Source: the human T2T-CHM13v2.0 reference genome, Homo sapiens
Direction: 5' to 3' (one strand)
Assembly: GCF_009914755.1 (NCBI RefSeq)
Contig: NC_060939.1
DNA: 64,000 nucleotides
This document shows positions 1-32,644 of this stretch, piece by piece; the stretch's first letter is position 1, and every line of letters begins with the position of its first letter. Below the pieces are notes generated by a model. It made no database searches. It saw only the letters and a program-made list of their open reading frames with translations, and was not told the DNA's origin. A program made the position numbers and the translations under genes.

Positions 1-202
1 CCGAGGCAGGCATATCACCTGAGGTCGAGAGTTCGAGACCAGCCTGGCCAACATGGTGAAACCCCGTCTCTACTAAACATACAAAAATTAGCCAGGCATG
101 GTGTCGGGCACCTGTAATCCCAGCTACTTGGGAGGCTGAGGCCTGGGCGACAGAGTGAGGCTCCATCTCCAAAAAAAAAAGAAAGAAAGAAAGAAAAAAA
201 GA
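1..202 (+). mobile_element. Alu, partial (cut by window start; most of right arm internally deleted)
   Basis: Alu left arm and linker, then GGAGGCTGAG joined directly to GCCTGGGCGACAGAG; A-rich tail. Confidence 0.9.
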
Positions 203-293
203 AAGGCTGCTGCTTGAGTAAGGAGTAAGAATAATTTTATGATTTTATACTCTGATTTCAGAAACACACCCTCATCTCAGAGATGCTAAAAGA

Positions 294-1312
294 TGTAGGG
301 AAAAGAAAGAGAGATCAGACTGTTACTGTGTCTATGTAGAAAGGAAAGACATAAGAGACTCCATTTTGAAAAAGACCTGTATTTTAAATAATTGCTTTGC
401 TGAGATGTTGTTAATTTGTAGCTTTGCCTCAACCACTTTGACCCAACCTGGAGCTCACAAAAACATGTGTTGTATGAAATCAAGGTTTAAGGGATCTAGG
501 GCTGTGCAGGACGTGCCTTGTTAACAAAATGTTTACAAGTAGTATACTTGGTAAAAGTCATCGCCATTCTCTAGTCTCAATAAACCAGGGGCACAATGCA
601 CTGTGGAAAGCTGCAGAGACCTCTGCCCTTGAAAGCGGGATATTGTCCAAGGTTTCTCCCCATGTGATAGTCTGAAATATGGCCTCATGGAATGAGAAAG
701 ACCTGACCGTCCCCCAGCCCGACACTCGTAAAGGGTCTGTGCTGGGGTGGATTAGTAAAAGAGGAAAGTCTCTTGCAGTTGAGATAGATAGTGGAAGGCG
801 ACTGTCTCCTGCCTGCCCCTGGGAACTTAATGTCTCGGTATAAAACTCAATTGTACATTTGTTCAATTCTGAGATAAGAGAAAAACCGCCCATGGTGGGA
901 GGCGAGACATGTTTACAGCAATGCTGCCTTGTTATTCTTTACTCCACTGAGATGTTTGGGTGGAGAGAAACATAAATCTGGCTTACGTGCACGTCCAGTC
1001 ATAGTACCTTCCCTTGAACTTAATTATGACGTAGATTCTATTGCTCACATGTTTGTTGCTGACCTTCTCCTTATTATCACCCTGCCCTCCTACTACATTC
1101 CTTTTTGCTGAAATAATGAAGATAATAATCAATAAAAACTGAGGGAACTCAGAGACCGGTGCTGGTGCAGGACCTTGGTATGCTGAATGCAGGTCCCCGG
1201 GGCCCACTGTTGTTTCTCTATACTTTGTCTCTGTGTCTTATTTCTTTTCTCAGTCTCTCATCCCACCCGACTAAAAATACCCACAGGTGTGGAGGGGCAG
1301 GCCACCCCTTCA
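294..1312 (+). mobile_element. HERV-K(HML-2) solo LTR, LTR5A/LTR5B type
   Basis: Starts TGTAGGGAAAAGAAAGAGAGATCAGACTGTTACTG and ends CCACCCCTTCA (TG...CA). About 1019 bp, with TATAAAA near 839 and AATAAA at 1131. Flanks AAAAGA/AAAAAA give a 5/6 TSD match. No PBS or internal sequence follows. Confidence 0.92.
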
Positions 1313-1539
1313 AAAAAATATGGAGAAAAGGAAGTACATCAGAGAGCCAGTGAAATATGGTGATCCTGCCTCCCCAACTAGACTGTGTCTTTGAAAGTTG
1401 GAACCTAGCTTCAGGTAGGATGCTTTCTGCAAATAACATCAATACTGATTCAAACTGTCCTAAATCAAAAGTTTATTGACTCACAAAAGCTTCAGCGTTA
1501 GTTAACTCAGAGGAAAAATTACATGATCAAGAACTCAGA

Positions 1540-3551
<2,012 letters not shown>

Positions 3552-3860
3552 TTAACCAAAGCTGTTTACCAAAAGCTTTAATAAGGATTCAGGGAAAGGA
3601 GGAAGTAACCCCACATCTATATCAAAAGATTTCTTTTGCAGAACTCTGCTCCAAGGAAGACAAACAGAGATTATAGCTTTTTGTTTTTTTCTTACACTGG
3701 TTGTATTCCAGTATGACTCATTTCTTGTTCTAAACTATTCTGCTTTCCTTCTATTTGATCCCCAAAGTCTGAAAACTAAAGATAGACAAGATCTGCTTGG
3801 CTAGCTAATCTTTTTCTCCCGAGTAGTCAGAGCTTCATGCCTTGGAGACTTTTTTTTCTA

Positions 3861-6282
<2,422 letters not shown>

Positions 6283-6612
6283 CTTTGAAAATTTCTTTCA
6301 AAAAAGCATAGAAAACTTACTTGAACCTATCCGGATTTCTTAATGTACCTCTTTTCTCCTTCTTTTCTTTTTCAAGTTTATAGTTTTTCTATTGAAATCC
6401 TGAAATGTTTTTCCCTTGTACCTCTGTTGACTTGTTTCCCTTAGTTTATTGTAGATTTATATGCCAAGGTTTTTGTTTTATAGCTGAACGCTTACTATAT
6501 TTGTTAAGCTCTAAATAGGTGGATGGTCTCCATGAATTTTATTTGAGTGAATAAATAATGCATCAGATAAGGTGATACAGGTGCATTGACAGGCTTTCTT
6601 TTATTAGCTTGA

Positions 6613-8918
<2,306 letters not shown>

Positions 8919-9495
8919 ATCAATCAATCATTTCTGAGCTTCTCCTATGGACTCAGCTCACTTAGATACTGAATAGCATACAAAGAGTAATAAATCATAG
9001 ACTCGTCTCTTAATTGATTTGTGATACAAGTAGGGAGAGAGGCTATACTAACTAACCCATGTGAAATAAGTAGACATAATAAGTTGGAATCAATACATGC
9101 TAAATAGAACCATAAAGATTTTATATATAAAGGGAATTACATAAAGTTATGTAAAGAAAATAGCAGGTTACACTAGTCTAAGAACTTTTCACTTTGAAGT
9201 GAAATAAAGATAGTGAAATAAAGCAAGATCTCCATGATTGAGAACATGATTAAAGCGTGAGTTAGGATGATGTCAGGACTGGGTGTGAAGGAAAATCTGT
9301 AGGACTAGTGGGACCACCTTGGGTAGGCATGGAATTTGTGAGAGGTACTGATGAGAGGAAATACTGGGTAAATGGAATGAGACCAAACTGTGTAAGACCT
9401 TAACAACCAGCTTCAGAAGATCAGCTAATTGTTTAAGCAGTAGAGAGATGATTCTCATAGAGTTGCTGTGAGGGTTAAAAAAGGTCATGTTATGT

Positions 9496-9848
9496 TGTAT
9501 TCGTCCGTTTCCATGCTGCTGATAAAGACATACCCGAGACTGGGCAATTTACAAGAGAAAGAGGCTTAATGGACTTACAGTTCCACATGGCTGGGGAGGC
9601 ATCACAATCATGGTAGAAGGCAAGGAGGAGCAAGTCACATCTTAACGTGGATGGCAGCAGGCAAAGACAGAGAGTTTGTGCAGGGAAACCCCCCATACAA
9701 AACTGTCAAATCTCATGAGACGTATTCACTGTCATGAGAACAGCATGGGAAGGACCTGCCCGCGTGATTCAATCACCTCCCACCGGGTCCCTCCCACATG
9801 TAGGAATTCAAGATGAGATTTGGGTGGGGACACACCCAAACCATATCA
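9496..9848 (-). mobile_element. THE1 (MaLR) solo LTR, THE1B-like
   Basis: Minus strand starts TGATATGGTTTGGGTGTGTCCCCACCCAAATCTCATCTTG; 353 bp; perfect 5-bp TSD TATGT at 9491-9495 and 9849-9853. Confidence 0.92.
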
Positions 9849-10929
9849 TATGTGAATTGAAATGGAATTTTCAGAATATGTGTCTAACAGTAATAGGCAA
9901 GATAGATTAAAATGAAAGAAGAAAATGAGGGAGCCAGAGAGAAAGCTATTTCAATATTCTAAATATGAAGCCGTGAACGTCTGGACTATGTTGGTGGAAA
10001 TAGGGATAAAGAAAAGAGGCAAATCTGAAACATTTTAAAATAAGAATCTAGTTATTTATATTCTGATTTGTTTCTCATTTAACATTTATTGAGCAACTGT
10101 TATGTCCTAGGCACTGAGCCAGGCACATGAATTGATAGAACTCAGTACATAAGATGTCAAAGATTTCTGAACAAAGAGATTAGAAATAACTTCATCAGAT
10201 TAACTTCCAAATAAAGGTGGCATCTTAACAGAGAGATCCAAGAGAGTTGAGAAGTATGCTTCTTGGGGAAAGCTCCAATTTGTATATTTGATATTTGAGG
10301 AGAAAGCATTTATTTGTCAAACACTAGCAAATATTTGTCAAAACATGCTGAAGCTACAAGAAGGTGTAAGAAAAGATCCCTACCTTCAAAGAGCTGACAT
10401 TTACACCAGGGAAAGAAGAAATATTAATCAAATGGTAAATGACTATACACAGTGACATATGCTTACTCTCAGATGAGTGGTACAGATAACAAGTGCAAGA
10501 GAAGCCAGGAAGGGGGCACTGTGGTAGGAGCAGTCTGAGGAATTTTTATAAAAGATATAGTACTTGTGCTGAATATAGAAGGTAAGGGGTAACAACAATG
10601 GAATCACTACTATTTGTTAACTGTTTGCCTTGTGCTTATATCATCTCATCACATACTTACTTCCTTTAATCCTCACAAATGATATAGATACAGAAGAGGA
10701 GATGAAGTCTTGGAGAGATGAAATGCCTTACACAAAGTTATGTGGTTGGGAAGAAATAGAACTGAAATACCAATCCAGGTTTGACTCTAAAGACCATACT
10801 TTTAATAACTTCTCTACAGGGAGGTACGAGACGTTATAGGAATTAAAAGTAAGGAATAAATTCAAAGGGCATGCAAGTGGAGATATATTAACAGCAGATT
10901 TAAAAACTAATCTAGAGCCTAATAAAAAT

Positions 10930-11140
10930 AATAGTAATACTGACATAGAGTTACCATGTAGTAGGCATTATTCCATACATTTTACATAAATATATTTAAT
11001 TCTCCAACAATCCAACCAAGTAAGTACTATTATTATCCCCATTTTACATATGGGGAAATTAGGTGACACTACTAGTAAGTGGCAGAGCCAAGACTTGAAC
11101 TCAGGCATTCTGACACCACAATCCATGCTCTTAAGCTGTA
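10930..11140 (-). mobile_element. MIR
   Basis: MIR core ATTATTATCCCCATTTTACATATGGGGAAA...CTAGTAAGTGGCAGAGCCAAGACTTGAACTCAGGC. Confidence 0.75.
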
Positions 11141-11152
11141 TATCATTTTACC

Positions 11153-18017
<6,865 letters not shown>

Positions 18018-18989
18018 TGAGAAAGTCATTTTAAAACTATTTTTTTCTTTAGCTCCAGGTTCCATAAATGATAGTGTAGGTATCATTCTCCTCAAGAGCA
18101 GATACTAAATCTGTTACTTCCCAGGTAGAGCTTGCAGCATGTATTCTTCATATGTAATGGGTACTCCATGAATCTCCTGACTGATGAACAGGAGGATGAC
18201 ACCGAGCAAATCAGCAGACTCTTCAACATGAATTGCTTCTACATAATAGTTTGTGTTGATTTAGGAACCATTATATGGCTTTGGAGAAAAAAAAAATTGA
18301 TCCTGGCTTATTTTTATTTTAATAGAGACAAAACTTTCATTTTATGTCTGAAAGAGAGAGGTCACGCTTATTACCAGTATAATCTTTGGGTTTTCTGAAT
18401 GAATGGAGTCATAGAAATGAGGCTGCATCTGAGTAAATACATTAATCTGGTTCCAGGCTTAGTGTTTTGGCTAGTACAATTTCAATTGTTCATTGTTATT
18501 CCTTAAATAGGCCTCTCTGTGTAATCACAAAAACATTTTCTTAACAACCATTATCAAATAATTAAAGGGATAGGATACAGCGCCGTTGTGCTATGATACA
18601 AAGATAACACTATTATATTTATATAAAACTTTATAGTTAACAAAGTACTTTTCCATCTTATGACACCTTAATCATCTAATCTTTGTGAGTCCATGATACA
18701 GATATTATTACTATTACCACCCATTTTATAGATGAGTAAACTGAGACTTAGAGAGGTCAGGTAACTTGTGCCAAAAAAAAAAAAAAAAAAACAAGCCCTG
18801 TCCACCTAAGTCCCATCCTTTCCCCCTTGTTGGTATATTTGTCATGCCTTGATCCTTCAGTGTAATTTGGGACAATTATAATGTTTGGATGATAAGAATA
18901 AGGAAAAAAAAGTTAAAATGTCAACTGAGGAAGAAAATTAAATAAAAATATAATTTTAATTAATTTAAAGAATTTAATTAATAAACAGC

Positions 18990-23523
<4,534 letters not shown>

Positions 23524-23551
23524 ATATATATATACACATAAATATATATAT

Positions 23552-23596
<45 letters not shown>

Positions 23597-23649
23597 TATA
23601 TATACACACATATGCATATATATATGTGTGTGTATTTATATATATATAT
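23524..23649 (+). repeat. Compound (TA)n/(CA)n/(TG)n microsatellite
   Basis: Alternating purine-pyrimidine tract replacing an Alu tail. Confidence 0.95.
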
Positions 23650-23733
23650 TCTGGGGGGATGGTAAGAAGATAATAAGAAAAACATTTTAAATTGGTTTCT
23701 AGGTGAGCACAAATGTTTAAAGTTAAAAAGATG

Positions 23734-24627
23734 AAGATGGCCGAATAGGAACAGCTCCGGTCTACAGCTCCCAGCGTGAGCGACGCAGAAGATGGGTGAT
23801 TTCTGCATTTCCATCTGAGGTACCGGGTTCATCTCACTAGGGAGTGCCAGACAGTGGGCGCAGGCCAGTGTGTGCGCGCACCGTGCGCGAGCCGAAGCAG
23901 GGCGAGGCATTGCCTCACCTGGGAAGCGCAAGGGGTCAGGGAGTTCCCTTTCCGAGTCAAAGAAAGGGGTGATGGACGCACCTGGAAAATCGGGTCACTC
24001 CCACCCGAATATTGCGCTTTTCAGACCGGCTTAAAAAACGGCGCACCACGAGACTATATCCCACACCTGGCTCAGAGGGTCCTACACCCACAGAATCTCG
24101 CTGATTGCTAGCACAGCAGTCTGAGATCAAACTGCAAGGCGGCAACGAGGCTGGGGGAGGGGCGCCCGCCATTGCCCAGGCTTGCTTAGGTAAACAAAGC
24201 AGCTGGGAAGCTCGAACTGGGTGGAGCCCACCACAGCTCAAGGAGGCCTGCCTGCCTCTGTAGGCTCCACCTCTGGGGGCAGGGCACAGACAAACAAAAA
24301 GACAGCAGTAACCTCCGCAGACTTAAGTGTCTCTGTCTGACATCTTTGAAGAGAGCAGTGGTTCTCCCAGCACGCAGCTGGAGATCTGAGAACGGGCAGA
24401 CTGCCTCCTCAAGTGGGTCCCTGACCCCTGACCCCCGAGCAGCCTAACTGGGAGGCACCCCCCAGCAGGGGCACACTGACACCTCACACGGCAGGGTATT
24501 CCAACAGACCTGCAGCTGAGGGTCCTGTCTGTTAGAAGGAAAACTAACAACCAGAAAGGACATCTACACCGAAAACCCATCTGTACATCACCATCATCAA
24601 AGACCAAAAGTAGATAAAACCACAAAG
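23734..24627 (+). promoter_or_regulatory. L1 5' UTR internal sense promoter and antisense promoter (CpG-rich; YY1 site at the 5' end)
   Basis: AAGATGGCC YY1 motif at 23734-23742; many retained CpGs; known L1HS/L1PA 5' UTR architecture. Confidence 0.8.
23957..24172 (-). CDS. L1 ORF0 (71 aa), intact
   Basis: MAGAPPPASLPPCSLISDCCASNQRDSVGVGPSEPGVGYSLVVRRFLSRSEKRNIRVGVTRFSRCVHHPFL; 216 nt, matching primate ORF0. Confidence 0.85.
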   Translation of the reverse strand: MAGAPPPASLPPCSLISDCCASNQRDSVGVGPSEPGVGYSLVVRRFLSRSEKRNIRVGVTRFSRCVHHPFL

Positions 24628-25641
24628 ATGGGGAAAAAACAGAACAGAAAAACTGGAAACTCTAAAACACAGAGCGCCTCTCCTCCTCCAAAGGAACACA
24701 GTTCCTCACCAGCAACGGAACAAAGCTGGATGGAGAATGATTTTGACAAGCTGAGAGAAGAAGGCTTCAGACGATCAAATTACTCTGAGCTAGGGGAGGA
24801 CATTCAAACCAAAGGCAAAGAAGTTGAAAACTTTGAAAAAAATTTAGAAGAATGTATAACTAGAATAACCAATACAGAGAAGTGCTTAAAGGAGCTGATG
24901 GAGCTGAAAACCAAGGCTCGAGAACTACGTGAAGAATGCAGAAGCCTCAGGAGCCGATGCGATCAACTGGAAGAAAGGGTATCAGCAATGGAAGATGAGA
25001 ATGAAATGAAGCGAGAAGGGAAGTTTAGAGAAAAAAGAATAAAAAGAAATGAGCAAAGCCTCCAAGAAATATGGGACTATGTGAAAAGACCAAATCTACG
25101 TCTGATTGGTGTACCTGAAAGTGATGGGGAGAATGGAACCAAGTTGGAAAACACTCTGCAGGATATTATCCAGGAGAACTTCCCCAATCTAGCAAGGCAG
25201 GCCAACATTCAGATTCAGGAAATACAGAGAACGCCACAAAGATACTCCTCGAGAAGAGCAACTCCAAGACACATAATTGTCAGATTCACCAAAGTTGAAA
25301 TGAAGGAAAAAATGTTAAGGGCAGCCAGAGAGAAAGGTAGGGTTACCCTCAAAGGAAAGCCCATCAGACTAACAGCGGATCTCTCGGCAGAAACCCTACA
25401 AGCCAGAAGAGAGTGGGGGCCAATATTCAACATTCTTAAAGAAAAGAATTTTCAACCCAGAATTTCATATCCAGCCAAACTAAGCTTCATAAGTGAAGGA
25501 GAAATAAAATACTTTATAGACAAGCAAATGCTGAGAGATTTTGTCACCACCAGGCCTGCCCTAAAAGAGCTCCTGAAGGAAGCGCTAAACATGGAAAGGA
25601 ACAACCAGTACCAGCCGCTGCAAAATCATGCCAAAATGTAA
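24628..25641 (+). CDS. L1 ORF1p RNA-binding chaperone (337 aa; one-codon in-frame deletion)
   Basis: MGKKQNRKTGNSK...QNHAKM; REKG, ARR and YPAKLS motifs intact. Confidence 0.95.
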   Translation: MGKKQNRKTGNSKTQSASPPPKEHSSSPATEQSWMENDFDKLREEGFRRSNYSELGEDIQTKGKEVENFEKNLEECITRITNTEKCLKELMELKTKARELREECRSLRSRCDQLEERVSAMEDENEMKREGKFREKRIKRNEQSLQEIWDYVKRPNLRLIGVPESDGENGTKLENTLQDIIQENFPNLARQANIQIQEIQRTPQRYSSRRATPRHIIVRFTKVEMKEKMLRAAREKGRVTLKGKPIRLTADLSAETLQARREWGPIFNILKEKNFQPRISYPAKLSFISEGEIKYFIDKQMLRDFVTTRPALKELLKEALNMERNNQYQPLQNHAKM

Positions 25642-25677
25642 AGACCATCGAGACTAGGAAGAAACTGCATCAACTAA

Positions 25678-29532
<3,855 letters not shown>

Positions 29533-30359
29533 ACAATGAGATCACATGGACACAGGAAGGGGAATATCACACTCTGGGGACTGTGGTGGGGTCGGGGGAG
29601 GGGGGAGGGATAGCATTGGGAGATATACCTAATGCTAGATGACACGTTAGTGGGTGCAGCGCACCAGCATGGCACATGTATACATATGTAACTAACCTGC
29701 ACAATGTGCACATGTACCCTAAAACTTAAAGTATAATAAAAAAAAAAACATTATTCCAAAAAAAAAAAAAAATGCATTCATGTAAAGTTAAAAAGATGAG
29801 GCACAAGTTACAGTTATGATAAGTGGGTAATGATGCCCAGAGCTGACTGATACATTGTCTGCTGCATGTCATGTCATATCATGACATGTCTGATACATGT
29901 CATGATAGCTTTGACACATTTCTGAACTGGACTAAGAAATATTTATCATGATGCCAACAAACCCGTGCAGTGCTGAATTTTAACAATCCAGTCACAAGCC
30001 TGACTTTTTATTGCACTGAGCATTATAGAAACAAAACCTATACTCTGTATGATTTATAACTAATATTAAAGGAGGAGGAAGAGAAGAATAATGGTGAAAT
30101 TTAAAATGTGCATCATAATTTATAAAACATTTATAAAGAATGTATTCATATACATAATTTTTACCCCAATCTCTCCCAGTTTAGATAATATGTATCTAAT
30201 GTACCCCAATCTCTCCCAGTTTAGATAATATGAATTTCTGAAAATTAGGCTCTTATTATCAAAAACTTCTAGCATCTCAGACCTGCCATTGCTCCCAGTC
30301 AACTGAGAAGGGTGTAGGAAAACACGCTAGACAAGCCAAGAAAGAACAGATATAAGGAC

Positions 30360-30715
30360 CACCATTATCAAGTTCCTTTTCTGTGCTAAGCACATTTACA
30401 AAGGTTCATTCCTCATAAAGTAATTATTTTTATCCCCATTTTACAACTGATAAGCCTGAATTTAGGGAAGCTAATTAACTTGTGCTTATAAAAGTGACTG
30501 TCTCAATGGGAAGAAGATAGTCTCATATTTGCAATAACAAAGTTATTTTTCTTCCCTAATTTCAGTAATAAAGATGTTTCTGTTATTGTGGCCTAAAAAT
30601 TGATCAAAATAGATAAAAACAAGCCTGTACCATTCTCATGTCCCACAGTAACAGAGAATGGTAGGAGTAAATTCAACCTCAAGTCTGATAGCACGGCCCA
30701 TGTTTTTCCCACTAT
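30360..30715 (-). mobile_element. MIR split in two (~30360-30486 and ~30645-30715) by an insertion
   Basis: ATTATTTTTATCCCCATTTTACAACTGA...CTAATTAACTTGT, resuming as CACAGTAACAGAGAATGG...AACCTCAAGTCTGA...GCCCATGTTTTTCCCACTA. Confidence 0.6.
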
Positions 30716-30829
30716 ATCATGTCCTTTCAAAGTGCTATTGTCATTAAAGTTCTAAATAACTATAGTCCCACAGAAATTTAGCTGCTGAAAGTCAGCACTA
30801 GGAGAGAAAAATGAAAGTTCCACTTGACA

Positions 30830-31697
30830 TGTTAATTCTAAAAATTATACAGAAATGCAAATAGCCAAGACCCAAACTGAAGAAGAACTGGAATGGAGCA
30901 CTTGTTCTCTTGGATATAAAGACATGGTATAAAGCTATAGCAATTAAGACAGTGTGATGTCGGTACAAGGATAGACAAATAGAATGAAATGGCTCATATA
31001 TTGATCAACATTTGATTCTTAACAAAGATGGTGCTGCAGAGCAGTGGAGAAAGAACAGTCTTTTCAATAAATGACAGTATGATATTTGAAAAAGAATCTT
31101 GGGAAGAAAAAAAGAAACAACCTTTAACTCACATCATATATAAAAGACAATCCAATGTAGATTGTAGATCTAAATTTGAAAGGAAAAACATACAATTTCT
31201 AGAGGATAATACAGAATACCTTTATGATCTTGGTGTAGGGAAAGCATTCTAAAACAGGGAACATATTAAAAAGTTGATGAATTTGACTGTGTTATAATCA
31301 AGAATTTCTCTTCTTCAAAAGACTATATAGAGAATGAAAAGACAAGCTACAAAAAGGAGAGGAAATTTACGACATATACAACTGACCAAAGGCTTGTATC
31401 CAGAGTATACTGTATGAAGAACTACTGGAAATCAATAACAAAAAGATGAACAACTCAATTGAAAAACAGGCAAGAGACTTGAACAGGCATTTCAAAAGAG
31501 GATATCAAATAGCCAATAAACATATGAAAATTGCCCAATCTCATTAGTGATCAGGAAAATGTAAATTAAAACCACAATTGGGGCTGAGCATGGTGGCTCA
31601 TGCCTGTAATCCCAGCACTGTGGGAGGCCGAGGCTGAAGGGTTGCTTCAGCCCAGGAGTTCAAGACCAGCCTGGGCAACAAGGTGAAAACCCATCTC

Positions 31698-31746
<49 letters not shown>

Positions 31747-32613
31747 AAATTAAAGGAAAATAAAAAGACCAGCCTGGGCAACATAGTCAGACTCTGTCTC
31801 TACGAAAAAAAATAAAAATTAGCCAGGTATGGTGGCATGTACCTGCAGTGCCAGTTACTTGGGAGGCTGATGTGGGAGGCTCAATTCTGCCCAGGAGTTT
31901 GAAGCTGTAGTGAGCTGTGATCCTGCTACTGCACTCCAGCCTGGGCAACAGAGCAAGACTCTGTCTCTAAAAAAACAAAACAAAACAAACAAACAAAAAC
32001 CCACAATTGGATAATACTGTATATCCCCCAGAAAAGCTAAAATTAAACAGACTACAATAATAACTGTTGGCAAGGGTGTGAAGCACTGGGAACTCTCATA
32101 CACTGCTGGCAGGAGTGATACAACAACAGCTTGACTTTCTCTACTAAGGTGGAAGGTGCATACTCAGTGATCCAGCAATTCCAGCAATTCCACCCTCAGG
32201 TATCCAGTACAAAAGTCAACACATATATATCAAGAGACATATATATAAATGTTCATGGAGATGTTATTTGTAATCGTTCCAAACTGGAAATAACCTAAAT
32301 ATGGCATCGACAGTACAATGAATAAATATGAGGCCAGGCACAGTGGCTCATGCCTGTAATCCCAGCACTTTGGGAGGCCGAGGCGGGTGGTTCATGAGGT
32401 CAGGAGATGGTGACCATCCTGGCTAACACGGTGAAACCCTGTCTCTACTAAAAATACAAAAACTTAGCCAGGCGTGGTGGCAGGCGCCTGTAGTTCCAGC
32501 TACTCAGGAGGCTGAGGCAGGAGAATGGCTTGAACCCAGGAGGCGGAGCTTGCAGTGAGCCGAGATCACACCACTGCACTGGAGCCTGGGCCGACAGAGC
32601 GAGACCTCATCTG

Positions 32614-32644
<31 letters not shown>

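Noticed and set aside
558-1442. ORFs within the LTR5 element
   Set aside because: Chance frames in a solo LTR; no gag/pol/env sequence
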